From: an uncultured Poribacteria bacterium
GTDB lineage: Bacteria > Poribacteria > WGA-4E > WGA-3G
DNA: 64,000 nt
Reading direction: 5' to 3'
Assembly: GCA_958296135.2 (NCBI GenBank)
Contig: CATQHZ020000001.1
Coordinates: 3,520,001-3,584,000, forward strand
In this document: positions 1-9,808 of the stretch, piece after piece
Layout: each line of letters starts with the position of its first letter
Numbering within the stretch: the first letter of the stretch is position 1
Made by a program: the position numbers and the translations under genes
Notes under the pieces: generated by a model
What the model was told of the DNA's origin: nothing
Databases searched by the model: none
Seen by the model: the letters and a program-made list of their open reading frames with translations, nothing else

Positions 1-426
1 GACAGGCACGCCGCTGAACGCTCCAATCGTGAACTGCTCCAAACGCAAATTCGTGAAATTCAGCGTGCACAAAACGTCAACCGCATTTCTCCCACAGCGA
101 TTGCGCAGTCTGCACTAGAAGCACTCGCCGGGACAGGATTCCAGCGGCACCTCCAATTCCTGAAAAATGTGGATAACTATGGGAAACAATTCAACGATTT
201 TCTCCTTGACACCGACCGGGCTGATCTGGACAGTTTGCACGTGCCTTTCGTCAGGGAGGGAATGTCCGACAAACCTGTTACCTTTGCAAGCATCCCCAAA
301 TTTGAGGACAAGACACGGTTAGAGGATGCATTCTCAGTGGCGATGCAGGAAGGGATGCTGTTGTTGCTCTTTTTTTTAGTGCTGTTCGTGGCGGCGCATG
401 TTTCGTTTCAGAATCGGGATATATGA
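1..426 (+). CDS. ABC transporter permease-like membrane protein, C-terminal part (5' truncated by window edge)
   Basis: Frame open from position 1 to TGA at 426; ends in a hydrophobic helix followed by F..RDI, typical of ABC-2 permease C-termini. Confidence 0.6.
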   Translation, partial: DRHAAERSNRELLQTQIREIQRAQNVNRISPTAIAQSALEALAGTGFQRHLQFLKNVDNYGKQFNDFLLDTDRADLDSLHVPFVREGMSDKPVTFASIPKFEDKTRLEDAFSVAMQEGMLLLLFFLVLFVAAHVSFQNRDI

Positions 427-440
427 ACCCTTATTTCGTA

Positions 441-1991
441 TTACTCGCGCCACCGCAATAAAATTTCCACCAACCGTTCCACGAGCGGCTGGATGTCACT
501 CGCTTTTCGGGCCGCCTCTAGCCGGGCGACGAGACGGCAAACGTCTGGGACATCTCGACTCAGATGCTGGGACAGACTCCGAAACTTCGCCTTTGCAATC
601 TCTGCAGGTTTATCCGTGGCGGCGGCGTAGATAGCATCCAATTGGTTCATTAAGTCAAGCAAATCCCCTTTGTTGATGCCAAGTTGCGAGACATCAGATG
701 CCGAAATATCCTGCAGTCTCTCCCACACCCACCCTTCCGGCGCGCCACCACTGGGGAGGAATAACACAGGAACGGCGCGCCTTGCCGAGCCCTGGATTTT
801 TTCCTCAATTCCGCTATGACGCTGGTCTCCATCAAGAACAAAGACTGTGTTTTGAATCTGTCCGAATTTTCGGAGTGCCTCTGCATGCATTGGAAACGCG
901 CTCGCCCCGGTGTCGCGTCCGACGTGAATCGACTCCCGTCGCATCCCCGCTTTAGGTATGAGAAAATCAAGCACACCTTGCAGAATGCCTTCTGCTGCCT
1001 CATCCTCACAAAGCAGGTTCAGTGCCTCCATCGCGCGCCCATAGAGCGCATTCTGAATGATGTCGCGATAAGGTTCGCGCACAACAACTTGGCCCAATGA
1101 CTCATCCCTGTCCAGAAAAACCCGGCCGTGGCGCGGCACCGAGTCTAGGACGACCGGACTATGCGTCGTAACAATAATCTGAAGGCTGTTACGCAGTGCC
1201 AGTTGCTGTAACTGCAACATGAGCAGTTGCTGCACCCAAGGATGGAGCCCGGCCTCCACTTCATCAATCAGCACCAGCGCGTTTTTAAGTTGCGCAATCT
1301 CTTGCGACAACCGCAGCAAGGCACGTTCGCCTGCCGCCATGTGCAACTCGGAATACTTCGCACCGCCTTCCTGGGTTGCAAAGAGAAGGTTTTTGTTGCC
1401 GCTTGACAATTTGATAACCTCCGCATATCGGAACGGTAGCATCTGATGGGCGAACTCAATCTGTGATGCCGTTAAGGGGTTCTCTTCCGGTGCAGCGCTT
1501 AGCCGCGACATGTTGAGCACACCACGTACCTCCGCGGGGTTACTGATATTGCTGAGGGTCCGGAGATACACCTGCCGCTCGGGCTGACTCGCGTTTTCGC
1601 GCCTGAAAAAGCTGCGACTCCACCCCTTGGAACGGCGCCATTGCATGGAACCCTGCCCACCGGCGTTCAGGTAATAGAAAACTATAGTAATCTCTTGCCG
1701 CATATCCTCGCGCTCACCGTGTTTCGGACGATAATCAGGAAATAACCGAGACGGCACGAAATCCTTAACGCCGGCACCTGGTCCCTTGTAGGCGCACGCC
1801 GCGGCGAAAAGCACCGTGGACTTCCCCGTCGCATTGCCGCCAGCGATAACGCTCACCGGGTAATCAAACGTCACCTGTAAATTATGGAACCCCCGAATCC
1901 CATCCAGGTGAATCTCCGACAGAAAGTGCGCTAAATGCGGTTTCTTGCCTTGCAACTGTTCCCAGAGCTCTAGTAAGCGTCTCTCAAGCAT
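441..1991 (-). CDS. AAA/ABC-type ATPase with C-terminal TOPRIM-like domain (OLD-like ATP-dependent nuclease)
   Basis: Walker A GGNATGKST, signature MAAGE, Walker B LVLIDEVEAGLHP, H-loop TTHSP; C-terminal LLCED..A and VLDGD TOPRIM-like acidic motifs; ATG at 1991 preceded by GGAAAGAGG. Confidence 0.75.
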   Translation of the reverse strand: MLERRLLELWEQLQGKKPHLAHFLSEIHLDGIRGFHNLQVTFDYPVSVIAGGNATGKSTVLFAAACAYKGPGAGVKDFVPSRLFPDYRPKHGEREDMRQEITIVFYYLNAGGQGSMQWRRSKGWSRSFFRRENASQPERQVYLRTLSNISNPAEVRGVLNMSRLSAAPEENPLTASQIEFAHQMLPFRYAEVIKLSSGNKNLLFATQEGGAKYSELHMAAGERALLRLSQEIAQLKNALVLIDEVEAGLHPWVQQLLMLQLQQLALRNSLQIIVTTHSPVVLDSVPRHGRVFLDRDESLGQVVVREPYRDIIQNALYGRAMEALNLLCEDEAAEGILQGVLDFLIPKAGMRRESIHVGRDTGASAFPMHAEALRKFGQIQNTVFVLDGDQRHSGIEEKIQGSARRAVPVLFLPSGGAPEGWVWERLQDISASDVSQLGINKGDLLDLMNQLDAIYAAATDKPAEIAKAKFRSLSQHLSRDVPDVCRLVARLEAARKASDIQPLVERLVEILLRWRE

Positions 1992-2227
1992 AAATGACAA
2001 CCTCTTTCCTGCCAAAAACTGAATCGTCCCGATATTTTATCATGATCGCTTGTATTAATCAAGCGCGTTATGGCTGCCAACCAGAGGCATGCAGTTGGCC
2101 CAACATCTGTCGGTGGAGCTCGCCCCATCGCAAACGGGGCCGGATCGGGCGAATCCCAACCCATAAGGCGGGGGCCATCGTGGATTTTTACGGGTGACAT
2201 CAACAACGGAAAACTAAATCGTTTGAT

Positions 2228-2318
2228 TAGGAGAAACCTCCCGGTCTCAATAGAGTGCAGTAGGAGAGACATCCCGGTCTCAATAGAGTGCAGTAGGAGA
2301 GACATCCCGCGTCTCGAT
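2228..2318 (+). repeat. Three tandem GTAG-type REP-like units, 33-bp period
   Basis: (G)TAGGAGAGAC(A/C)TCCCGGTCTC(A/G)AT at about 2228, 2260 and 2293; internal hairpin GAGAC..GTCTC. Confidence 0.85.
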
Positions 2319-2496
2319 GCCCCGTAGATGAAAGGGAAAGGCAAGGATTATCCTTATTGGCGATGCAAATTCAAGCTGGACCTCCCGGTCCCGATGTGTT
2401 TTTTTGGTGTGCCTGCATAGATAGGGATTAAAAATAAAACCCGGGGCGTGATGGCTGGTAGGCATTTTGCCGAAGACCCTCACGCCCCTTTTTCTT

Positions 2497-3867
2497 TTAT
2501 TCCGCCAACCGCCGAAGCACATTATGTGTTATCCTTTCAACGACAGCATCCCCACCTGCCAAGCCGTGAGCCCAGTCTGTCGTCGCCGCAGTGAAGACAG
2601 TGCCGCCTTTGGTATAGACACCCATCGTCGCAGCACCCGTGCGCCCCTTTTCCCACCGCTCATACCATTCACAATCATCTGGATGCCAGCGGACCGGGGC
2701 AGTCGCAACGATAGTAAACCCCCCCGGGGTGCCATCGCGATAAGTAGGCACCGGGAGGCCGTCTGCATCTGTTAACTCGCACCCATCGCACTCATAGCCG
2801 ACAATCGTGTCATCCCCGCCGAACGTGTCGTCCCGCGACAGGTTTGTCCCTTCAAATACCCAGTGCTCGGGCCGATGCACCGTGTATGCCGCCGGGCCAT
2901 CCATGAATTGCCCATGGCTACGGTGATAGCCGCCGTAGAGAAACCCAACCCCTGTCAACTCGTTTTCCGGCCTGCCAACGAGGTGGTGACTCCACAACGT
3001 GCTGAGCGTGCTGTAATCACCGGTTTTGTAAACCGGATCTTGGTGGAAGTTCTGTTTCCAGCAGACCAGGGCGCGACCGGCATCTTCAGAACGCACCTGC
3101 CAACAGACTGAATTGCCGCTAAAAAACGCCGCGTTTCCGCCGTTGGCAATAAACGTCTCCAGATTATCGCGCATCGGCGCAGACCAGTATTCATCATGCC
3201 CAACGCTCAACACCAACCGATAGTTCTCCAAAAGTTCTGGACAGAATTCCAAATCAGAATTCGCGGCGTAATCCAGCGCGTAGCCGTTTTGCTCTGCCCA
3301 AACAATAAAAGGCAACTCCCACTGCTTGAAGATGCCGACGGTGGGTCTGTCAAAAGAGACGCGATTGCCCTGCAACTGGCTTTGTCCGTGAAATCCATAC
3401 AAACTGAAGCCGCCCCAGTTGTTATACGCGTTATAGGTATTCGTAGAGAGTTGGAGTAAGATAGGGGTGTTCGCCGCTGGCATCGCCGGACGCACAATAA
3501 AAAAGAGGGTGCTTTCGGCGATGCGGCGATTTCTATAGACGTAAGTGCCGCCGCTATCCATCGCGCGGAGTGTGCCTTCATAATAGCCGCTCTGCCACGT
3601 CTCTGGCACAGCAAGCGTGAAGGATGTCGGCCAGCCGCATCCGTGCGATGAGGCTGTTTCGGGGATAGGATGCGCCGCACCGGGGAGTTCAGCTTGACTG
3701 AAAACGACTTCGCGCGTCGCCCCGACGCGCGCAATCTCAAGCGAATAGTGCGCCGCACTCGTGGAAATACGGAACTCGATCTCCTCACCGGGCGCGTAAC
3801 TGAGCTGTTGCGGGTATCCATCAATATAGAGCGGTCTGATTTCCATGGGTATCCTCTCTATAAACAT
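2497..3867 (-). CDS. N,N-dimethylformamidase beta-subunit-like (DUF6605) protein
   Basis: Motifs TYNAYNNWGG.SLY, VSFDRP, LSVGHDEYWS, FFSGN...WQVR, VGYECDG; start may be 3846. Confidence 0.8.
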   Translation of the reverse strand: MFIERIPMEIRPLYIDGYPQQLSYAPGEEIEFRISTSAAHYSLEIARVGATREVVFSQAELPGAAHPIPETASSHGCGWPTSFTLAVPETWQSGYYEGTLRAMDSGGTYVYRNRRIAESTLFFIVRPAMPAANTPILLQLSTNTYNAYNNWGGFSLYGFHGQSQLQGNRVSFDRPTVGIFKQWELPFIVWAEQNGYALDYAANSDLEFCPELLENYRLVLSVGHDEYWSAPMRDNLETFIANGGNAAFFSGNSVCWQVRSEDAGRALVCWKQNFHQDPVYKTGDYSTLSTLWSHHLVGRPENELTGVGFLYGGYHRSHGQFMDGPAAYTVHRPEHWVFEGTNLSRDDTFGGDDTIVGYECDGCELTDADGLPVPTYRDGTPGGFTIVATAPVRWHPDDCEWYERWEKGRTGAATMGVYTKGGTVFTAATTDWAHGLAGGDAVVERITHNVLRRLAE

Positions 3868-3937
3868 TGCAGTTGGGCTCAGGCTAACCCAACCTATACG
3901 GGGTTTAAAAGTAGGGTATCTTTTTTACTTTGAGATT

Positions 3938-3966
3938 AGCATATCATTTTGCCGATAGAATGTCAA
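3938..3966 (-). promoter_or_regulatory. sigma70-like promoter
   Basis: Minus strand TTGACA-17bp-TATGCT upstream of the DMFase-like gene. Confidence 0.6.
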
Positions 3967-4127
3967 GTGAGAGAAATTTCTTGCATTTTTCTGCAAAATC
4001 AGGGATAATAATAAAAACAGATTTTTCGTCTTTCGTTCCGCCCTTATTTCCCCTGTGACGGATGACGCGAGAAGACATGATTGAACCCAGCACCCTAATC
4101 GAACGCTTTGCGCCAGGACGAAGAAAC

Positions 4128-5141
4128 ATGAAACGTGTACCTTTCCAAACGCTGTCTGACCAGCTTTACCGTGTGCTTGCCAGCGTCGGATTTGCCGATG
4201 AGCGTGCGCTGTTATGCGCACGGCTGTTCGCCGAGAATCAACGCGACGGCGTTTACTCGCACGGCCTCAACCGATTCCCAGGATTCGTTGAAGGACTCCG
4301 TAACAAAAAAATCGATTTTCACGCGATGCCCGAGAAAACCGAGAGCTTCGGCGCGCTCGAACGATGGAACGGCAAAATGGGAGTCGGGCTCGTCAACGCG
4401 CAATGCTGTATGCAACGCGCGATGGCACTCGCCGAAGCACACGGTATCGGCTGCGTTGGCCTCTCTAATACGAACCACTGGATGCGCGGGGGCACCTACG
4501 CGTTACAGGCAGCCGAAGCAGGTTACATCGGCATCTGCTGGACGAATACCACCACGCTGATGCCACCGTGGGGCTCCACAGAAAAGAAAATCGGGAATAA
4601 TCCGATGGCACTCGCCGTGCCGCGCACCGAAGGACATATTCTGTTAGATATGGCGATGAGCCAGTATTCAAACGGAAAGTTGGAGGTACTGAAACTGCAA
4701 GGCAAACAACTTCCGCTACCCGGTGGATACGATTCCGATGGAAACCTTACGCTGGAACCCGGCGAGATTCTCGATTCGGAAAGACCACTACCAGTCGGCT
4801 ATTGGAAGGGCTCCGGGCTAGCGTTGGTGCTAGATGCAATGGCAGCCATCATTTCGGGTGGGCAGTCAACGCACAACATCGCGCAGCAAGATTCAGAATA
4901 CGCAGTCTCCCAAGTCTACATCGCCATTGATGCCACGAGACTGATGGGACAGGCGGCGTTAGATGAAATGGTAGCGGCAATCCTCGCGGATTTCCACACG
5001 GCTAAGCCTTTAGATGAAAACGAAGGCGTGCGGTATCCGGGCGAGGGAATGTTGCGGACACGACGCGAGAGTCTAGAAAAAGGTGTCAGCGTGGACGAAA
5101 AGCAGTGGCAGGCGTTGTTGGAAATGCACACAATGCCATAA
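4128..5141 (+). CDS. yiaK: 3-dehydro-L-gulonate 2-dehydrogenase (Ldh_2 family)
   Basis: DGVYSHGLNRFP, NTNHWMRGGTY, ICWTN, MPPWG, GNNP, DMAMSQYS, GYWKGSGL. Confidence 0.9.
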   Translation: MKRVPFQTLSDQLYRVLASVGFADERALLCARLFAENQRDGVYSHGLNRFPGFVEGLRNKKIDFHAMPEKTESFGALERWNGKMGVGLVNAQCCMQRAMALAEAHGIGCVGLSNTNHWMRGGTYALQAAEAGYIGICWTNTTTLMPPWGSTEKKIGNNPMALAVPRTEGHILLDMAMSQYSNGKLEVLKLQGKQLPLPGGYDSDGNLTLEPGEILDSERPLPVGYWKGSGLALVLDAMAAIISGGQSTHNIAQQDSEYAVSQVYIAIDATRLMGQAALDEMVAAILADFHTAKPLDENEGVRYPGEGMLRTRRESLEKGVSVDEKQWQALLEMHTMP

Positions 5142-5165
5142 TTCTGCAGGACGAGGATTAAACCG

Positions 5166-5353
5166 ATGGAAACTCAACGGATACAATCACACCCGTCAAT
5201 CATGATGGGAAAACCCGTTATCGCAGGAACACGCATTCCTGTTGAATTAATTTTAGAGAAATCCGCAGCAGGGGAGACTATGAGGCACATCCCCGTTTGA
5301 CTGAAGAAGGTATCCTCGCGGCTTTTCGTTTTGCGGCGCAAGCAACCGCATAG
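5166..5353 (+). pseudogene. Frameshifted DUF433 (putative antitoxin) gene
   Basis: METQRIQSHPSIMMGKPVIAGTRIPVELILEKSAAGET, then EAHPRLTEEGILAAFRFAA in another frame; a small deletion near 5280 is implied. Confidence 0.75.
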
Positions 5354-5427
5354 TTTTTGCATTTCTCGCTTGCAGACTTTTTGAATAAGCGTATAATAGC
5401 ATCAGACACAAACCAGACCGGAGAAAA

Positions 5428-6558
5428 ATGATGACACTACGTGCAGGCATCGTCGGATGTGGTGGGATTAGCCGGAGCCACGCCGCCGCTTATGCAAACC
5501 TGGAAGATGTCCACTTCGTCGCACTGTGCGACATCAATCGCGAAGCACTCAATACCCGAGCCGATGAATACGATGTAGCAAACCGATACCTCAACTACGA
5601 GGAAATGTTCGCCCGCGAGGATTTGGATATCGTGAGCGTCTGCACGCACGCGCCACTGCACGCACCGATTGCCATCGCCGCAGCAAACGCCGGGATTCAC
5701 GTCCTATCCGAAAAGCCGTTGTCCATCGATTTAGAAACCGCCGATCGGATGCTCGCGGCGTGTGAAAACGCAGCAGTGCATCTGGCAGTCAGCCACCAGT
5801 TTCGGTTTACGCCGCTGTTCCGCCATGCGAAGGAGTGGATTGACGAGGGACGCATCGGTGAACTTCGTTCCATCCGAGAGGTGGGCAAAGGACGCGAGGC
5901 AGGATTTGAACTGATGGAGATGGGTGTCCACTACTTTGACGAGATGGCCTTCTTCCTAGAGGGCATCGCGTGGATTCAGGCGCATATCACCTATCAGGAA
6001 CGCGATGTCACGGAAGCAGACATTATGCACAGCAGTGAACTCTGCAAAACCGACCGGCGTGACAACGGTATCGTCGCGGGCGATACGATGCTGGTGCATA
6101 TCGGCGGCGCGCAAGGAAGCTACGGCATTATCGAACTCTACCGCCGCCACCGCACACAGAATTGGATGATGGGCCCGCATATTCTCGGCTCGGAGGGGCA
6201 ACTTATAATTAAGCCGCACCCCCAAACCGGCATCGATGAAATGTGGCACTGCCCCTCTGATGTCTCGTTTGCAGCGCATACACCGGCATGGAAGCGGGTA
6301 GAACTTGCCCCAGAAGCCTTCCGCATCTCCGGGAAAGCGTGGCCGCTGCGGCACACTATCTGGAGCGCGAAAAATATGCGCGACGCAATTCTCAACGGAA
6401 CTGAGCCCGAACTCGGCGGACGCAACGCACTCACGTCGCTTGAGTGCGTCAGCGCAACCTACGTCTCCCATTTCAGTGGACAAAAGGTGAAACTGCCGTT
6501 GGAGGAACGGAGTCACCCACTCATGGCTATCGCCAGCAAAAGGACGACAGCATCCTGA
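5428..6558 (+). CDS. Gfo/Idh/MocA family oxidoreductase
   Basis: GIVGCGGIS Rossmann motif, HVLSEKP, MGVHYFD. Confidence 0.9.
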   Translation: MMTLRAGIVGCGGISRSHAAAYANLEDVHFVALCDINREALNTRADEYDVANRYLNYEEMFAREDLDIVSVCTHAPLHAPIAIAAANAGIHVLSEKPLSIDLETADRMLAACENAAVHLAVSHQFRFTPLFRHAKEWIDEGRIGELRSIREVGKGREAGFELMEMGVHYFDEMAFFLEGIAWIQAHITYQERDVTEADIMHSSELCKTDRRDNGIVAGDTMLVHIGGAQGSYGIIELYRRHRTQNWMMGPHILGSEGQLIIKPHPQTGIDEMWHCPSDVSFAAHTPAWKRVELAPEAFRISGKAWPLRHTIWSAKNMRDAILNGTEPELGGRNALTSLECVSATYVSHFSGQKVKLPLEERSHPLMAIASKRTTAS

Positions 6559-6578
6559 ATATCTATAGGAGGACATGC

Positions 6579-7427
6579 ATGAAACTTGCTTTCTTTAACG
6601 ACTATCAACTCGGTGTGATAACGGAAGGAGGCATTGTTGACATCAGCAATGCACTCAGTGGAATCTCGTATCATACCCCGCAAGAATTGATGAAAATGGT
6701 CATCGAAGATTTCGATAACCTGCAGCCAACGATTGAGGATGCGGCCGCAAGCGGCGAGGCAACCGCTCTTGAAAGCGTCCGGCTTAAGCCGCCGCTGCCG
6801 CGTCCGGGACAACTCGTCTGTTTGGCGGGCAATTACATTGAACCCGATAGCCCATCGCGCGGCGATTTCAACGCCTTCCTCAAATCACCGACCGGCATCA
6901 TCGCCACCAACGAGACAGTCCAACTGCCAAAGGCAGATGTCACCGTGTTTCACTTCGAGCCGGAACTCGCAATTGTCATCGGCAAAACGGCGAAGCACCT
7001 CTCCGAAGCAAACGCGCTGGAACACGTGTTCGGTTACACGCAGTTTATTGACGTGTCAGCACGCGGATTGCCGGGCGGCTTCTTTTTAGGGAAGAGTTGG
7101 CACACGTTCGCGCCAATGGGCCCCGCGCTCGTCACCGCTGACGAAGTTGACGATGGAAACGCCCTCAGCGTGAAACTCTGGATTAACGATGCCCTGCAAC
7201 ACGATTTCTCTACGAACTCCATGGCACGCTTCATACCCGAATTGCTGGCGGAGGTTACCAACGTCCTCACGCTAGAACCGGGGGATGTCGTGTCAACAGG
7301 AACGCATCACGAAGCACTCACCGCCATCGGCGACAGCGATACGGTGAAGTTGTCAATAGAAGGCTTCGGACCGGAACTCGCAGTTGTCGTTCGCGACCCG
7401 CTCAAACGGACGGCGTGGCGCGGCTAA
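6579..7427 (+). CDS. Fumarylacetoacetate hydrolase family protein
   Basis: FLKSP, HFEPELA, DVSAR, GKSWHTFAPMGP, LEPGDVVSTGT; RBS AGGAGG upstream of ATG 6579. Confidence 0.9.
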   Translation: MKLAFFNDYQLGVITEGGIVDISNALSGISYHTPQELMKMVIEDFDNLQPTIEDAAASGEATALESVRLKPPLPRPGQLVCLAGNYIEPDSPSRGDFNAFLKSPTGIIATNETVQLPKADVTVFHFEPELAIVIGKTAKHLSEANALEHVFGYTQFIDVSARGLPGGFFLGKSWHTFAPMGPALVTADEVDDGNALSVKLWINDALQHDFSTNSMARFIPELLAEVTNVLTLEPGDVVSTGTHHEALTAIGDSDTVKLSIEGFGPELAVVVRDPLKRTAWRG

Positions 7428-7500
7428 GAAAAAACTTGACAACAGCACCGATTTTTGTATATAATAACAGAATGGACGCAAATGCCGGAATTTTCCACCG

Positions 7501-7527
7501 GTAGGCGCGGTTTGAAACCGCGCCTAC
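7501..7527. repeat. Perfect GTAG-ended palindrome (REP-like)
   Basis: GTAGGCGCGGTTT-G-AAACCGCGCCTAC. Confidence 0.75.
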
Positions 7528-7654
7528 GGCGTTCAATTCGTAAGTCTTAAATAATTTGAAACGCTTTGTCTCTCGCAACGCGTTTGGCGAGTGTTTCTTG
7601 TGGTGTGTCGTTTGACGGACCAGTTTGTTTCTTGACAATAAGGAGAATTCATCG

Positions 7655-8581
7655 ATGAAAAAACCCAGAAATATCGTCGCTCTCGCACTCTTCGCGGCTT
7701 TCTGCGCGTGGATAGCCGGATGCGGCGGCTGTAATCCGGAACCTATGCCGACAGGGATGAATCCCACGCAGGGACCCGAGACAGGCGGCACAACCGTCCG
7801 GATTACCGGCGAAAAATTTGATATGAAAAACGGCGTGAGCGTCACATTCGGCGGGAAAGCCGCCCAAAGCGTGACAGTACCGAGCAAGATGGAAATCACC
7901 GCCGTAACACCCCCTGGCATGGCAGGACAATCTGTCGCCATTGTCGTCACGAATAAAGGGAAACCTGAGGTGCCAGCCACGGTGCCGCAGCAGTTCACCT
8001 ACACCGATGCAACACCACCGACGGTGACAATGACAGACCCGGGGGATGGCACCATGTTCTCTGACTACGAAGACTCGCTGAATGTGCGGAATAGCCTCAC
8101 GGTTACGTTCAGCGAACCGGTTAGCAGCGATAGCGTCTCGGTTAGCGTGGCTGTTGCCAAAACGACGGACTCCATGAGCGAACCGATGGAGGCGATGCTA
8201 CCCGGCACGGTGAGCGGCAGCGGTGACACCGTAACGTTCACCTCCGATATGCCGATGCGCGCCGGGCGCATGTATACCGTCACTGTCTCTGGTGCTACCG
8301 ACATGGCGGGCAATGCTCTTGCAAACTCGCATAGCTTCAGTTTTAGCGTGACGAGCCCAGAGGTAATCTATAAGTATTACGTGCAGGAAGAAGATATGCG
8401 GGACGGCAACGGCGAACCTGCGCTCAAACGCATCGCCGCGCGCCCTGAGATTTTCGACAATGCTGAAAAGTGGGAACGGTTGGTAACCGCAAATCAGGAC
8501 TATTACGTCCTCGATCGGACGAGACTGAGCGTTGGGCAATTGCTGCTCATTCCACGTGGTTCCGCCTGGGGTGATAAATAG
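7655..8581 (+). CDS. Secreted/lipoprotein with IPT/TIG, Ig-like (Big_5) and C-terminal LysM-like domains
   Basis: Signal peptide with Cys; P..GP..GGT.V.ITG..F IPT motif; VTFSEPV...YTVTV...D.AGN Ig motif; W..L..AN...L.VGQ.L.IP LysM-like tail. Confidence 0.75.
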   Translation: MKKPRNIVALALFAAFCAWIAGCGGCNPEPMPTGMNPTQGPETGGTTVRITGEKFDMKNGVSVTFGGKAAQSVTVPSKMEITAVTPPGMAGQSVAIVVTNKGKPEVPATVPQQFTYTDATPPTVTMTDPGDGTMFSDYEDSLNVRNSLTVTFSEPVSSDSVSVSVAVAKTTDSMSEPMEAMLPGTVSGSGDTVTFTSDMPMRAGRMYTVTVSGATDMAGNALANSHSFSFSVTSPEVIYKYYVQEEDMRDGNGEPALKRIAARPEIFDNAEKWERLVTANQDYYVLDRTRLSVGQLLLIPRGSAWGDK

Positions 8582-8818
8582 CAGGGCCCCTATCCGGTAG
8601 GCGCGCTTTGTCCTATACCTCTGTCGTTTGGGCGCGCCTGCAAATCCAATGAATAAAGAGATGATTTCCGTAGGAGGGCCCCCTGGTCCCGATACCGCTG
8701 AATAAACGGATAATTTCCGTAGGAGGGCCCTCTAATTGGGCGAAGCTTGATTTTGAAGCGACGAAAATCATGACGCTGACGGTGTAAAGGGCCGTATGCG
8801 ACACGTTTGGAGGTTTTT

Positions 8819-9400
8819 ATGCTGGTGATACGAATCGTGCTGATTGCTTTCTTTGCGGTGGCATGCTTGGGTATTGAGAAGTGCGATCTCTCCTTGCTGC
8901 CGCCGGTGGAGGTGCAAGAGGCACCGGTGTATGTGCCGTTGGCAGAAGAGCAATTGTTGACGGTAGAGGAGCTCCGCGACTGGGTACTCTTCGCCGCTCT
9001 GACGGATTCAGACGGGTTGCCGCCGTTTCTCCATGACCGGGGTTTCCGTATCGGTTATGGGCCGACGGTCCCGGACTATGAGGGATCCGGTGTGACGCTC
9101 CATTCCTTTTATGTAGAGCCTTCGGAGGGGCGCGTTATGGATTACTGGCTCTGTCATCGAGCGGTGGAGTCGCCAGTGACACGTGTGGAGTTGAGGGCGA
9201 ATCTGATGCGTGTCATCCTATTGACACCGCCGGCGGTTCAATCTGATGTGGAGGGTTTTGAGGACCGGGTGGTCGCCACTTATGAGCTCGTTGAGGGAGA
9301 TTTCACGATGTTTGCTTTGGAACGGGTGGACGTTATTGCACCGTTGGAACTTTCGGACCCCGAAGTTGATGGAAATGTCCTCTACTTTGAGGTAGAGTGA
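8819..9400 (+). CDS. Hypothetical exported protein
   Basis: N-terminal hydrophobic signal; GGAGG RBS upstream of ATG 8819. Confidence 0.55.
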   Translation: MLVIRIVLIAFFAVACLGIEKCDLSLLPPVEVQEAPVYVPLAEEQLLTVEELRDWVLFAALTDSDGLPPFLHDRGFRIGYGPTVPDYEGSGVTLHSFYVEPSEGRVMDYWLCHRAVESPVTRVELRANLMRVILLTPPAVQSDVEGFEDRVVATYELVEGDFTMFALERVDVIAPLELSDPEVDGNVLYFEVE

Positions 9401-9587
9401 CGTTGGATGTGTGAAATGGCGGTGTCCTGGCGAAATATCCCACTTCAGCATTTGCACGGTGGGCAGGTTTTCCGTTTGGCCCTGAAGCCTTACCTCATTG
9501 ACCGGGGTACCGCCATTCCCACGGTGGCTGTGCAGCCGACAGGCAACTGGTTGTTGATTGATTCTACCGGCGACAAGATCGATACAC

Positions 9588-9731
9588 ATCGAGACAGGGA
9601 GGACTCTCCTACCGGGCGTTTGGCGCGGCGAAATTACTGCGACTTCAGACGAGTCTGCACAGATCAATTTCGGTCGGCGGGCCATCCCTGTTCCGATACC
9701 GCATGCATCAAGACCGGGAGGGCTCTCCTAC
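9588..9731 (-). repeat. Two GTAG REP-like copies
   Basis: ATCGAGACAGGGAGGACTCTCCTAC (9588-9612) and ATCAAGACCGGGAGGGCTCTCCTAC (9707-9731), same family as 2228-2318. Confidence 0.75.
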
Positions 9732-9808
9732 CGGTTTGGTATCACCAGAAGAACGAAGAAGCCGTGTAGCCACTACACGGCTTTCTTCATGAAAGGAACA
9801 CGAAAACG

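Noticed and set aside
2016-2480. Retron ncRNA upstream of the ATPase-TOPRIM gene
   Set aside because: No reverse transcriptase is nearby, and part of the region is a REP array
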